Shown piece by piece: positions 37,700 to 48,032 of a stretch of 57,850 bases of DNA. The position numbers and the translations under genes are program-made. The stretch spans positions 1 through 57,850 of IMG/VR virus record IMGVR_UViG_3300025655_000041; one strand, 5' to 3'. Each line of letters starts with the position of its first letter. Position 1 is the first letter of the stretch. A model generated the notes under the pieces. It was not told where the DNA came from and searched no databases. It was given only the letters and a program-made list of their open reading frames with translations. The DNA comes from a virus (taxonomy: Duplodnaviria; Caudoviricetes).

Positions 37700-37905
37700 A
37701 ACTTCATTAGTAATGAAGCTGCTAGTCCAACCATTACTATGGTTGAACCCATTATCATTGCTTCTAAACGCCACATACGTTTGTCTAATGACTCAAGTTT
37801 ACCGTGAACCATCTCATAACGTACTGCACATTCTTTTTCGTGAGCGTTTAATTCTAATTGAACACGCAGTTCAGGGGTGATTTCTTGAGACTGTTCTAGT
37901 TTCAT
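37696..37905 (-). CDS. Small coiled-coil membrane protein
   Basis: HEKECAVRY...RMWRLE plus a TM segment. Confidence 0.7.
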   Translation of the reverse strand: MKLEQSQEITPELRVQLELNAHEKECAVRYEMVHGKLESLDKRMWRLEAMIMGSTIVMVGLAASLLMKL

Positions 37906-37907
37906 GG

Positions 37908-38150
37908 TTATGCTGAGTATGCTTGACCAGCAGTAATAGCCGCATTAGCCGCAGTCATATCCTCTGTAGTCCAAAAGTCCTTAGCAACCATAATCTCAAG
38001 ATGCTCAACATTCCTGTTTACACAGTCCTGTTTATCTGCGGCATCATCGTCTGCCATAGCCTCGCCAGCAATGATAGCATTGATGAGGTCAACGCTGTGA
38101 CCCATCGCTGTGTAGTGTTGTGCGATTTGTTCTGCTGTTAGTTCGTCCAT
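37908..38150 (-). CDS. Tail-fibre-associated small protein
   Basis: IAQHYTAMGHSVDLIN...RNVEHL..M..KDFWT, directly after a fibre gene. Confidence 0.7.
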   Translation of the reverse strand: MDELTAEQIAQHYTAMGHSVDLINAIIAGEAMADDDAADKQDCVNRNVEHLEIMVAKDFWTTEDMTAANAAITAGQAYSA

Positions 38151-40714
38151 TAGTTTGTCTCCAGTGCTACAATGCGTGTTTCTAATTGGTCAATCTTGGT
38201 TAGTGCTTCCTGCAACGCTGCTGTTAGCAGTGGCACAAGTTTGCTATAATCCATCTGCATATAAACAGGGTTGCCTTCTGCATCTACTTCGTCTTGTGTG
38301 CCAGATGTTGCCATTGGCACAACACTTTGCGCCTCATGAGCAAGAAAACCGTCTTGGTCAGCAGTATCACGGTTCTCGTTAATCCAACTATACCGTTTTG
38401 GTTTTAGAAGTTTAAGGCGAGTAACGGCATCCGTTATGTCTGCAATATTTTCTTTCAACCGTGCATCTGAAGTCGTGTTGTATTGAATAGAGGCATCATT
38501 TACACGCACTATGGAACCAACATCACTAGTGTCGCTGTTATTTCTAAAGCGAACTTGACTAAAAAACCCGCTAGTTCCAGCACTATTAAAAGTAACTAGT
38601 GGAGTTAAAGTATCTCTTAACTTTAATCGTGCGCCGCCATTATTATCATCACCAATGGCAAAACGACCATTAGCATCACACCACATCCTAGGATTACCAT
38701 TGCCATCCGACAGCACGATGTTGTTGCTGGATGTGCGGATGTCTAGGCCGTTTTCATTGCCGTTAAAGCGTCCAACAATAGTATTCTGTGAACCAGTTGT
38801 CATAAGATAACCAGAGTTGTGACCAAGAAAGGTGTTGTAACTTCCAGTAGTATCACGCCCAGCTAATCTTCCAAAAAGAGCGTTTGCTGCTCCTGTTGTT
38901 AAAGTATTTCCGGCTTGATACCCAACAGCGGTGTTTTCATTACCAACTGTAACGGAATCTAAAGCAAGTGCGCCAACAGCGGTGCTTTGTGCTGCTGCTG
39001 TTTGTGAATACAGAGCCTGATAACCCATAGCAGTGTTGTAGCTTGCGGTGGTGTTGGAAGCAAGTGCAGAATTGCCTACGGCAGTATTGGCTGCTCCCGA
39101 GGAGTTATTCCTAAAAGTGCCAGCCCCCAAAGAGGTGTTAAAATTTCCTGTGGTGTTGCCGGTTCCTGAAAATCCTCCAAAAAACGAATTATCAATACCC
39201 GTGGTAACGGAAGAACCCGCTTGATAACCAACAAATGTAGACAGAAAGTTTTCTGTCAGTGCAGGGACGGCATACGCATAACCCGCCCTATAACCAACAG
39301 CGGTCAAACCATTTGCCGCAGTGTTGGTATATGCAGCCTGATAGCCCACAGCGGTGTTGTAGTTTGCGGTGGTGTTGGAGTAGAGGGCTTGACGACCAAC
39401 GGCTACGTTAGAATTGCCCGTAGTTGTCGAATACAAAGCAATAGAACCTAAAGCAGTATTCTCACTGCCTGTTGTTAAGGAGTATGCCGCTTGTCTGCCA
39501 ATTGCTACTAATTCTGCACCAGTTGTATTTGTATACCCCGCCTGATAACCCACTGCGGTGTTGTTGCTTGCGGTGGTGTTGGAGTATAAAGCTTGACTGC
39601 CAAGAGAAGTATTGTTTCCACCAGTGGTGTTAGAATTTTGTGACCTATATCCAACAGCGGTATTTAATGACGCTGTAGTGTTAGCTTGCAGTGAGCCTTC
39701 ACCTACGGCTGTGTTCCAGTTTCCTGTAGAATTACTTACTAAAGAAATTGCACCAAGCGCAGTATTTGCACCGCCTGTATTAGAATAACCTGCTGTATAG
39801 CCAACAAACAAATTATTTGTTCCAGTAGTATTACTATACCCAGTCTGATACCCCACTGCCGTGTTGTAGCTGGCGGTGGTGTTGGAACGTAAGGCATCTA
39901 CTCCTAATGCCGTGTTTTTACTGGCGGTAGTGTTGGTACTAAGTGCGGTACGTCCCACTGCTGTATTATAATTCCCTGTTGTGTTTGCCACTAAACTAGC
40001 GTAACCCAAGCCAGTATTGTCAATGCCAGTAGAGTTATTGGCTAAAGACAAAGCACCAACGCCAGTTATTTGTGCGCCAGAAGTATTGCTGTAAAGGGCT
40101 TGGTCGCCTATTGCCGTATTGTTACCGCCTGACAAGCTGCCACTAGAAAGCGCAGTATCACCCAACGCTACGTTGCCTGTGCCAGTAGGATAATTCCCAT
40201 CTAGTTTGATTGTGCCAGCGTCAACAGAGAGGTTGCCAGATATTGTTAGATTTCCAGTAATGTCACCATTACCATCAATGTCTAAACTATCAGCTTGCAA
40301 TTCACCCGTAATGTCTACACCATCAGACTTTGTTGTTAGCTTTAAATTGTTGTCATAACGCAGTGCTACTGGACCGTTCTCAGTAGCAGTAATCATAAAC
40401 TCACCAGTTGAGCCGTTGATAGCTACTGTGCTTCCGGTAATAGCATTGCCATTAACATCAAGGTTGCCACCAAGCTGCGGAGTAGTATCATTAACTACCA
40501 CTGTAACTGCTTGAGTATCTACGTATGCCTTAATAGCTTGTTGGGTGGATAGCGCCGTAGCACTATTACTTCCCATGTTGTCTTCATCCAGGATAGTCGT
40601 TACAGTAGCACCTGTTGCAAACTGTAAGTCCGTATCTACAACAATATTATCTACCGTAACGGTTCCTGCAAAGTCCTTATCAGCGGAATCCGCTAATTCT
40701 CTTGCTCTAGTCAT
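38150..40714 (-). CDS. Tail fibre with NTAVG..AL..NTT repeats and C-terminal intramolecular chaperone (S74)
   Basis: About 14-aa repeats; SDARLKENI...GFLAHE...DYSKLVPLL. Confidence 0.88.
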   Translation of the reverse strand: MTRARELADSADKDFAGTVTVDNIVVDTDLQFATGATVTTILDEDNMGSNSATALSTQQAIKAYVDTQAVTVVVNDTTPQLGGNLDVNGNAITGSTVAINGSTGEFMITATENGPVALRYDNNLKLTTKSDGVDITGELQADSLDIDGNGDITGNLTISGNLSVDAGTIKLDGNYPTGTGNVALGDTALSSGSLSGGNNTAIGDQALYSNTSGAQITGVGALSLANNSTGIDNTGLGYASLVANTTGNYNTAVGRTALSTNTTASKNTALGVDALRSNTTASYNTAVGYQTGYSNTTGTNNLFVGYTAGYSNTGGANTALGAISLVSNSTGNWNTAVGEGSLQANTTASLNTAVGYRSQNSNTTGGNNTSLGSQALYSNTTASNNTAVGYQAGYTNTTGAELVAIGRQAAYSLTTGSENTALGSIALYSTTTGNSNVAVGRQALYSNTTANYNTAVGYQAAYTNTAANGLTAVGYRAGYAYAVPALTENFLSTFVGYQAGSSVTTGIDNSFFGGFSGTGNTTGNFNTSLGAGTFRNNSSGAANTAVGNSALASNTTASYNTAMGYQALYSQTAAAQSTAVGALALDSVTVGNENTAVGYQAGNTLTTGAANALFGRLAGRDTTGSYNTFLGHNSGYLMTTGSQNTIVGRFNGNENGLDIRTSSNNIVLSDGNGNPRMWCDANGRFAIGDDNNGGARLKLRDTLTPLVTFNSAGTSGFFSQVRFRNNSDTSDVGSIVRVNDASIQYNTTSDARLKENIADITDAVTRLKLLKPKRYSWINENRDTADQDGFLAHEAQSVVPMATSGTQDEVDAEGNPVYMQMDYSKLVPLLTAALQEALTKIDQLETRIVALETN

Positions 40715-42996
40715 TATGCAGTCTCCAATGCCGTAATACGGGCTTCAAGTTCTTGTATTGTTTTAACTAGTAATGGTACTAGCTTTGATTGGTCAATGCC
40801 TTGATAATCCGGCACTGAACGTGTACCCATAACCGCAGGGGTAACTACGTTGCCGTCCTCATCAAGCACCGCTGGTGTGACCTCGTATTCCTCGTCACGC
40901 ATAGCGTCTTTAGTGCCGGTGATGGCCTCCGGCACGATGTCCTGCACCTCGTGGGCAAGGAAGCCATCGACTGTCGTGTCAGGGTCAGCGATAAAGTTAA
41001 AGCGAACAGGGTTGAGTTGCTTAAGGCGTGTGGTTGCATCCCAGTCTGCTACCACGTTTTCTTTTAGACGGTAGTCTGAGGTGGTATTGTAAGAGGTTGT
41101 TGAGCCGTTTGTGCTGATACTTCCAACACCTGTATTTGCCCAACGGAACTGCAAATATCTGTTGTATACGCCGCTAGTGTGAATATTTAAGATAGGGTAA
41201 TCATTTCCTCCGTGATTAGTCTGAAAAGTTCCGTATACAGCACTTATATTCATTCCACTGTTGGTGCCGCTTGTATCAGGTGTTCCGTTTGAAGAAATTT
41301 GAACATCGCCTGCTGATGTGATGCGCATACGTTCTGCTGAAGTTCCATTGCCCGTATAAAACACAACTGACCTAGCATCGCTTGTGCGTGGGGCAAGCAC
41401 TAGGTCGCCGTTGCCGCCTGTAAGAGAACTTGTAGAAACGCCAACGTAGGCCGCTGTTTGGCTAGTTGGGGCTGCGGAAATATCGCCCATATGAATGGGT
41501 ATGCCGTTTGCGTCATTTACTGACAATTTAGCAGATGGCGAAGTCCCAATGCCCAACGCTTCCGCACTCGCGTCCCAGAAGAACTTAGGCGTAGTGCCTG
41601 TGTCCTCGTAGAAGCTGATGTCGCCGTTAATCCCAAAAAAAGCACGAGTAACATCTGCTGCCGCATCTTTACTTTGTATTTGCAGCCCACCAGTTGAAAC
41701 ATTATCTCTACTTATATTCCAGTTATATGCACTAGAAGCACCAACTCTAAGCTGGCTTGTTCCTGAAGATTGATAAAACCCAGCATCATCGCTGGTCAAA
41801 GTGCCAGTGACATCCACGCCTGTGGCGGTGGTGGCGAGTTTTTCAGAATTATTATACCTAAGACCAACAGCACCGCCATCAGTCATAGTTATATATGCCA
41901 AGCCACCATCTGTTTGCAGATACATATTAGATGAGCTTTGTATCCTTAACCCACCAGCACCTTGTTCACTAATATAACTATTCAACCCATCGTGATAAAT
42001 CTGCAAGTCAGACCCAGCACCGAAAATGGCCTTGTCGTTGTCGCCAAAAGAAATATTATTACCATTAGTAGTATTACCATTAGTAAGAATTTCAGATAAC
42101 TCGTTATTACTTCCTATTTGGCTATCAACATAAGCCTTAATAGACTGCTGAGTAGCTAGTGCAGTTGCACTATCGCTAGTCATAGTGTCCTCATCTAGAA
42201 CACTATCTACAGTAGTGGTACTACTTAGGTTTATAGAGTTAGTTATAATAGCGTTAGGAACATCGTTACTACGTCCTGCACCCATAATAAATAATTGACC
42301 ATTAGTTGGATGACTACGAATAACCTTAGCTACTTTTTGTACTTCAGTATTACTTGCATTAGGTCGTGTAGCAGTAAGAGTTCCCGTAGTAGATACATAT
42401 AACTCATCGTTTACACTAAAGGCAGCTGTATTAAACCCAATTAACTTTCCAAACGTAACAATATTACCTTGTGTATTATCATTAAAGTCTTCTGTTGCAA
42501 CACCAATAGCTGGCATCTTAGCTGGGTCATCAGCATCTGCCACATTTACTTCTGGAATATTTCCACTATGTCCTGAAATATATACAGGAGTACCTTTAAT
42601 GATTGTACCTCCAGAAGTATTCTTTACAATAAAGTTTACAGCACCGTCAAGTTCCCCTGTTACATTTCCTGTAAGTGGACCCACAAACTGATTAGCAGTA
42701 AGGGTGCCTTGGAAAGTTCCTCCAAAGACAGAAAAAGTATCGTATACAACTATCTCTACAATGTCTAAGGCAGTTAGAGCAGCAAGCCCAGCAATTGTAT
42801 TAACAGTATTAACATTGTAGTCTGAACCAGCAACTAACAGCACACCGTTTAGGTATACATCTACGTAGTTACCATCAGCGAAAATTAAAGTATCGCCGTT
42901 ATCATCTGCCCCTGATAGAGATGTTTCACCGCCAGTTGCAGTGTAGAAGTATCTGCTTCTTACTGCCTGGGAAGGTGTTTTACCTATATATGCCAT
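40714..42996 (-). CDS. Tail fibre with C-terminal intramolecular chaperone (S74)
   Basis: MAYIG start; SDYRLKENV...GFLAHEVQ...DQSKLVPLL. Confidence 0.88.
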   Translation of the reverse strand: MAYIGKTPSQAVRSRYFYTATGGETSLSGADDNGDTLIFADGNYVDVYLNGVLLVAGSDYNVNTVNTIAGLAALTALDIVEIVVYDTFSVFGGTFQGTLTANQFVGPLTGNVTGELDGAVNFIVKNTSGGTIIKGTPVYISGHSGNIPEVNVADADDPAKMPAIGVATEDFNDNTQGNIVTFGKLIGFNTAAFSVNDELYVSTTGTLTATRPNASNTEVQKVAKVIRSHPTNGQLFIMGAGRSNDVPNAIITNSINLSSTTTVDSVLDEDTMTSDSATALATQQSIKAYVDSQIGSNNELSEILTNGNTTNGNNISFGDNDKAIFGAGSDLQIYHDGLNSYISEQGAGGLRIQSSSNMYLQTDGGLAYITMTDGGAVGLRYNNSEKLATTATGVDVTGTLTSDDAGFYQSSGTSQLRVGASSAYNWNISRDNVSTGGLQIQSKDAAADVTRAFFGINGDISFYEDTGTTPKFFWDASAEALGIGTSPSAKLSVNDANGIPIHMGDISAAPTSQTAAYVGVSTSSLTGGNGDLVLAPRTSDARSVVFYTGNGTSAERMRITSAGDVQISSNGTPDTSGTNSGMNISAVYGTFQTNHGGNDYPILNIHTSGVYNRYLQFRWANTGVGSISTNGSTTSYNTTSDYRLKENVVADWDATTRLKQLNPVRFNFIADPDTTVDGFLAHEVQDIVPEAITGTKDAMRDEEYEVTPAVLDEDGNVVTPAVMGTRSVPDYQGIDQSKLVPLLVKTIQELEARITALETA

Positions 42997-43014
42997 TTAT
43001 GTTACTCCGTTAAG

Positions 43015-43233
43015 TTAAGCAACTTCAGTTTCTTCTTCTTCTTTAGTTTCAACTGATGCAATAAGTGCATTTGTGAATGCATCTTGCGCTGCTTGTACTT
43101 GATCTAGTTCAAAGCGAATGTTAGCTACTTTTTGTTGACAAGCCTTTACTTGATTAATAAAATAGGTTTGTTGTTCATTAAAGTCTTCTGGTTTATATTC
43201 TTCACCGTTGATAGTGATTACATTGTCAGTCAT
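43015..43233 (-). CDS. Small tail-fibre-associated protein
   Basis: ITINGEEY followed by a coiled coil. Confidence 0.7.
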   Translation of the reverse strand: MTDNVITINGEEYKPEDFNEQQTYFINQVKACQQKVANIRFELDQVQAAQDAFTNALIASVETKEEEETEVA

Positions 43234-43243
43234 TTTATTCTCC

Positions 43244-43489
43244 TCACTGTTCTTCTAAGTGTGCTGCATAAGCATCCTTAACAGCCTGTGTGTGTACCGC
43301 TGCACAGATAGCTTGCACCTCTGCGCTTTCATTTGTGATGTCAGCGTCAGGTGCTACAACGTGCCGTGAAAAGCTACGGCTAATTTCAACACCATCACGC
43401 TTGATAACTGTTGCGGTGCGTACTTGGACGTGCTTGTAGTCGCCTACGATTTCAATTTTGTCTTGTACTATTTCTTCTGTTAATGCCAT
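43244..43489 (-). CDS. Small tail-fibre-associated (chaperone-like) protein
   Basis: MALTEE..QDKIEIVG...QVRTATVI.RDG.EISRSF.RHV. Confidence 0.75.
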   Translation of the reverse strand: MALTEEIVQDKIEIVGDYKHVQVRTATVIKRDGVEISRSFSRHVVAPDADITNESAEVQAICAAVHTQAVKDAYAAHLEEQ

Positions 43490-43508
43490 CGTTTATCTCC
43501 TTTATGGC

Positions 43509-43537
43509 TGGACTGTCCGACCTGATGTCCAATCAGG
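43509..43537 (-). promoter_or_regulatory. Putative H-type pseudoknot between the fibre stop codon and the next RBS
   Basis: Minus strand CCTGAT-TGGAC-ATCAGG-tcggaca-GTCCA. Confidence 0.45.
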
Positions 43538-45487
43538 TTATGGTGTTGTGTAAGTAATTGACCCTATAAAAACATAATTAACGGCTACGGAACTTTGGTT
43601 ATCATAACGTCTTAACAGTGCGTTAGTAGAATTGTTATTCATTCTAACGTGCCACTGGTATCCTGTTTGTGAATTTTCACGAACACTTCCAACACCTGCC
43701 CAAGTGCCAGAGTTCTCTTGAACAAAAGGGAAGTTTGCTACAGAATTAACTGTTGGACTGCTGGCAGCGGCTGTAAATTGAGCATAAAAAGTAGCATAAA
43801 CGGTCATTCCAGTTTTTACGTATCTACCATAAGCAGAAACTGTGCTGGTTCCACTATCCATTAAGATAACAGGCGTCCAAGTCCCCTCCTCATAGTCATT
43901 TAGATTTGAACTAGCCGCACCAAACTCTATGCCATCGCCTACTATGCGAACTTGATTTGCTGATGGTGCATTTCCATTAGGAGCGAAAGCAATATAGCCG
44001 CCACTACTATTAGTCGCATACACAGTAGGATAACCTGAACTGTAACTTCCACCCCAAGAAAGGTTATACCCATTGCCTAATTGAGCGTTGCCGGAGAGGT
44101 AGAGGTCTTTGAAGCGACCGCCAGAATATCCTAAGTCAATTGCCGCATCCCTTGTGGTCAAAGAATCGTTAACAGGGATAATGTGATTATTTGAGCCATC
44201 CATTCGGAAGCCCACATTGTTACTTGTAAGGCATAAATCACTTGCAGTAGTCCCAATACTACCCACAGTGGTGTTGTCTTTGCGGAACTGCACAATTTCG
44301 CCGTCATTAGTGTTACGGTTCATTATTGCAGAAAGTGAGCCATTATTTGATGTTGTAGTAATGCCACCTTGATATGTAAAACCTGCATTTCCAGTTAGGG
44401 TTGTACTCGTAGTACCCACCAGCAAGTTGCCGCTGCTGTCGATGCGGAGGCGTTCTGCGGAGTTGAACTCGTCAGTAATTGCTAAAAACCCATTAGCACC
44501 ATTACAAGTAATACTGTAAGCGTCTGTAGAGCTTTCAGTTAAATAATATCCACCCGCTGTTTGCGCCTTTATTTTGCCGCTGCTGTCGATGCGCATACGT
44601 TCGCCGTTTACACCACTAAAGACATATCCAGTGTAACCACTTTGATTACCATAAAAGTACAATAGTCCATCTGAACCGTTTCTGCCTATTTGATAGTTTT
44701 GACCAGCTGAGCTAAGACGCAATTGATAGTTTGAATTATTAGAAACTTCTAAAGTATCCGATGGAGAACTCGTGCCAATGCCCACGTTGCCATTATAGTT
44801 TAATCTAAGCACCTCACGAGTTTCACCATCATCTTTGAAGCGAAATTCCATCCACGGTTGAACCGTGTCCATATCCTCGCCAGATGCCATAGTGTTTGTG
44901 ACTGAAACAACTCTAGTACCGTAGGATATATCACCAAACCGACTAACATCGGTATCTTGTAAGCGTAAATTAGGCGAACCATCGTTTAGTGTCACATCCC
45001 CATCCACAGTTAGCCCATCAGCCGTTACCGTACCTGTAACATCTACACCAGTGCTAGTTATTTCTAACTTATCAGCACCAGCAAGTTGCATTTTAAAGTT
45101 ACCAGCACCAACATCATCAAGAATACTGTTGCTACCATTATGGTATATTTCTAGGCTTGGTGATGTACCAAAGATAGCCTTACTGTTATTAGTAAAGCTC
45201 ATATCACCAGTTGAAACAAAAGATGTTCCTGTGATAGAACCAGTAACATTTATATTACCAGTTCCAATAATGTTACTAGTGTTAAGGTCTAGGTTTCCAC
45301 CGAGTTGAGGTGTTGTATCCTCTGAAAGATTTGCAATTGCATTTGCAGCAATAGTATCTAGCTTAGTACCGTCAGTTGCTACATCACGACCATCTACGGT
45401 TCCACCAACCGTAATGTTACCTGCTACATCAAGGGTTGTTGCTGTGTTAAAGGTTACAACCTCAACACCTTTGCCAATATATGACAT
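43538..45487 (-). CDS. Tail fibre protein
   Basis: MSYIG start, ERMRIDSSG modules, C-terminal LNDYEEGTWTP domain. Confidence 0.85.
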   Translation of the reverse strand: MSYIGKGVEVVTFNTATTLDVAGNITVGGTVDGRDVATDGTKLDTIAANAIANLSEDTTPQLGGNLDLNTSNIIGTGNINVTGSITGTSFVSTGDMSFTNNSKAIFGTSPSLEIYHNGSNSILDDVGAGNFKMQLAGADKLEITSTGVDVTGTVTADGLTVDGDVTLNDGSPNLRLQDTDVSRFGDISYGTRVVSVTNTMASGEDMDTVQPWMEFRFKDDGETREVLRLNYNGNVGIGTSSPSDTLEVSNNSNYQLRLSSAGQNYQIGRNGSDGLLYFYGNQSGYTGYVFSGVNGERMRIDSSGKIKAQTAGGYYLTESSTDAYSITCNGANGFLAITDEFNSAERLRIDSSGNLLVGTTSTTLTGNAGFTYQGGITTTSNNGSLSAIMNRNTNDGEIVQFRKDNTTVGSIGTTASDLCLTSNNVGFRMDGSNNHIIPVNDSLTTRDAAIDLGYSGGRFKDLYLSGNAQLGNGYNLSWGGSYSSGYPTVYATNSSGGYIAFAPNGNAPSANQVRIVGDGIEFGAASSNLNDYEEGTWTPVILMDSGTSTVSAYGRYVKTGMTVYATFYAQFTAAASSPTVNSVANFPFVQENSGTWAGVGSVRENSQTGYQWHVRMNNNSTNALLRRYDNQSSVAVNYVFIGSITYTTP

Positions 45488-45499
45488 ATTAAACCTCCC

Positions 45500-45844
45500 T
45501 TATGTGATTTCTAGAAGTGACGCAATAGCATCTGCTGAAGATAAAACATTACTAGTTACCTTCAAGGTATCTCCTGGTTCCATTACTACTTTTTGTTCTC
45601 CACCAACTACAACAAGGCTACTGCCTACAGGAATTGGTGCATCTTTAATAATATAAACGCTATCTTCAGCGCCGCTTGTTCTTGTACTAGCGTCTAACTC
45701 TACATCAATAACAATCTGACTAGCTACAATGTTAGCTACTGTAAGTCCAATAATTGTTGTTTGTGTAGCAGCCGGACAAGTGTAAAGCGTAGCAGCAGAA
45801 GTTCCAATAGCGGTATCTGTTTTACTTTTAAAACTATTAGCCAT
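45500..45844 (-). CDS. Virion structural protein (fibre-associated)
   Basis: MANSFK...YTCP..T.T.IIG...AN...K.V...GD. Confidence 0.7.
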   Translation of the reverse strand: MANSFKSKTDTAIGTSAATLYTCPAATQTTIIGLTVANIVASQIVIDVELDASTRTSGAEDSVYIIKDAPIPVGSSLVVVGGEQKVVMEPGDTLKVTSNVLSSADAIASLLEIT

Positions 45845-45856
45845 AGTTATCTCCTA

Positions 45857-47140
45857 TTATCCTAGTGCAATAGCCATAGCTACCGCTGCATTATTTGCTT
45901 CTGTTACTGCAAAGGCAGTTGTTGAAATACTAGTGTTATTAGTTCCGCTCGCTTGTGTAGTGCCTGTTACAGTACTTGCAAGTACACCATCGATACTTGG
46001 TGCTGAAATAGCACCTGTGAAAGTAGCACCAGAAAGCAATGCAAAACCAGCACCTGAGACATAGGCTGCAACCCAAGCACTACCTGTATAAACTTTCATT
46101 ACGTCATCAGTTGTGTTATAGTATAACATACCTGATTGTAGTGGATCACCATCATTATCAGTAGTAGGATCTGCTGCTTTAGCACCGAGGTATTTATCAT
46201 CAAAGTTATCAAAGGCTGCTAAGGCTTGATCTCTTGCTGCTTCTGCTGCTGTCTGTGCACTACTTGCTGAAGTAGCCGAGTTAGCCGCATTAGTCTCGCT
46301 AGTAGCCGCATTAGTCTCTGAAGTTGCTGCGTTAGTCTCGCTAGTCGCTGCATTAGTTTCAGAAACAAGAGCTGCCGCTGCTGATGCTGCAGCATTGGTC
46401 TCGCTAGTTGCCGCATTAGTTTCACTAGTAGCCGCATTGTTTTCCGAGGTAAGGGCTGCTGCTGCAGAAGCTGCTGCATTTATTTCAGAGGTACTTGCGT
46501 TTCCTGCTGAAGTAGCCGCATTGGTAGCACTTCCTGCTGCTTGTGTAGCACTTAAGGCTGCTGCAGTTTCACTAGAGGCTGCATTAGTTGCACTAGTTGA
46601 AGCTTTTGCAGCATAGTGTAATGCTGAAAATTCAGTTCCATCAACAGTAACATCTTCTGCTTTTGTTGCCCAATCTTTTGCTGGACCTCTATTAGCAGTG
46701 TTTGTAACCCCAGTACCACCAATTGCCCAAGCCTTAGATGAGTAGTCTGTACTTTCAACAATTCCATTTGTTTTAACTGCCCAGTCTTCTGCGTTTGTTT
46801 CGCTAGTAGCTGCGTTTGTTTCACTTGTAGCCGCATTAGTTTCACTTGTAGCGGCATTAGTTTCAGATACTAGTGCGGCGGCAGCTGATGCTGCTGCAGC
46901 AGTTACTGAATTTCCAATTGCGGCTAAAGAGGCTGCTGCCGAGGTTGCACTAGCTGCAGCTGAAGTTGAAGAAACCCCAGCATTAGTAGCTGCTGTTTGT
47001 GCATCTTCAACTAGTCCAGCAAGAGAGCTGGCTAATGTAGTTATTACACTACCATCACCTGAATTGAAAAGTCCACCAAGAGAACCATCGTCAGTTGCTC
47101 CAGTGGTATTAGTGGTATCTGGACTTGCAGGTGTAGCCAT
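45857..47140 (-). CDS. Tail fibre / fibre adaptor with SETNAAT repeats
   Basis: Heptad repeats; FDDKYLGAK..DPTTDNDGD; ends AMAIALG. Confidence 0.8.
   Translation of the reverse strand: MATPASPDTTNTTGATDDGSLGGLFNSGDGSVITTLASSLAGLVEDAQTAATNAGVSSTSAAASATSAAASLAAIGNSVTAAAASAAAALVSETNAATSETNAATSETNAATSETNAEDWAVKTNGIVESTDYSSKAWAIGGTGVTNTANRGPAKDWATKAEDVTVDGTEFSALHYAAKASTSATNAASSETAAALSATQAAGSATNAATSAGNASTSEINAAASAAAALTSENNAATSETNAATSETNAAASAAAALVSETNAATSETNAATSETNAATSETNAANSATSASSAQTAAEAARDQALAAFDNFDDKYLGAKAADPTTDNDGDPLQSGMLYYNTTDDVMKVYTGSAWVAAYVSGAGFALLSGATFTGAISAPSIDGVLASTVTGTTQASGTNNTSISTTAFAVTEANNAAVAMAIALG
46280..46880 (-). repeat. Degenerate 21-nt coding repeats (SETNAAT), in clusters
   Basis: Recurring gc(c/t)gcattagt(t/c)tc units; boundaries approximate. 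Confidence 0.8.
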
Positions 47141-48018
47141 TAGATTAACCCTCCTGCATTATAACTCATTTGAATATTACCACCAGATGCTCCTCGTTTG
47201 TTATCTTCATCATTCAATTCATCTATTTCTTGAGCAAACATAGCAAAGTATTTTTGTGCCTGTTCATCATCCTGAAGATAAGCAAATAGTTCGCCTAGCG
47301 AACCCATAAGAAGAATTCTTTCATTATCATCACGTAGCCAATTATAGGCAAGCTGTCCAATATAGTATGCACTTGTAACTGTACCACCTGCTGCGGTTGC
47401 TGCAGCTTGTGTTGCATAAGGAGTTGCTACACCCCCAATAGTAGAAAACCAAAGTTCAACGGCACCCGTTACACCTTGAGAAGACGGATTAAGTAATCCT
47501 GCAGTGTAATTAGTTGGTGTTACATTATATAATGCATCTAATGCTGGAAGTCTGCGGTAATAGTGTAATTCAATTTTAGTAGCCGTACCACTAGTTCCCC
47601 CATCTTGAAAAGCAGGAGATAGTATTACTGTATTTCCTCGTCTAGACCAAAAAGCAGAATAATTATATTTACTTGCTGTCCAATCATTAAATGTTCTTAA
47701 GTCTGTCTTTTCATTAAAAACTCGTGTAGATTGATTTGCTGCATCTACCTCTCGAATTTCAATAAATTCGATAAGGTCAGACGGTACTGTAATTTCTGTC
47801 TTACTAGGAACAAGGTTGTTTCCAGCTGTTGTTGCAGCAATCAAGTCAGTTGAATTGTAACTAATAGTGTTTTCAAGCGCAATAACCCTTAGTTTACGAT
47901 ATGCTTTGTCTGCGGCATACCTTAAACAGTCTTTGATTATATCATCGCTAAGAACTGCTGAGTCTTTATTAGACCAGTTCCTCACTAAGTCAACGAACTG
48001 TGTATAAGTTCTTGCCAT
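47140..48018 (-). CDS. Head-tail adaptor / tail tubular protein A
   Basis: TY..F...VRNW...PSD..E, YYRRLPAL, NWL; position. Confidence 0.65.
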   Translation of the reverse strand: MARTYTQFVDLVRNWSNKDSAVLSDDIIKDCLRYAADKAYRKLRVIALENTISYNSTDLIAATTAGNNLVPSKTEITVPSDLIEFIEIREVDAANQSTRVFNEKTDLRTFNDWTASKYNYSAFWSRRGNTVILSPAFQDGGTSGTATKIELHYYRRLPALDALYNVTPTNYTAGLLNPSSQGVTGAVELWFSTIGGVATPYATQAAATAAGGTVTSAYYIGQLAYNWLRDDNERILLMGSLGELFAYLQDDEQAQKYFAMFAQEIDELNDEDNKRGASGGNIQMSYNAGGLI

Positions 48019-48032
48019 CCTTGGCCTCCTAA

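Noticed and set aside
38700-40200. Periodic repeats as a CRISPR array or DGR template/variable repeats
   Set aside because: They are degenerate coding repeats of a fibre protein. There is no reverse transcriptase and no adenine-specific mismatch pair.
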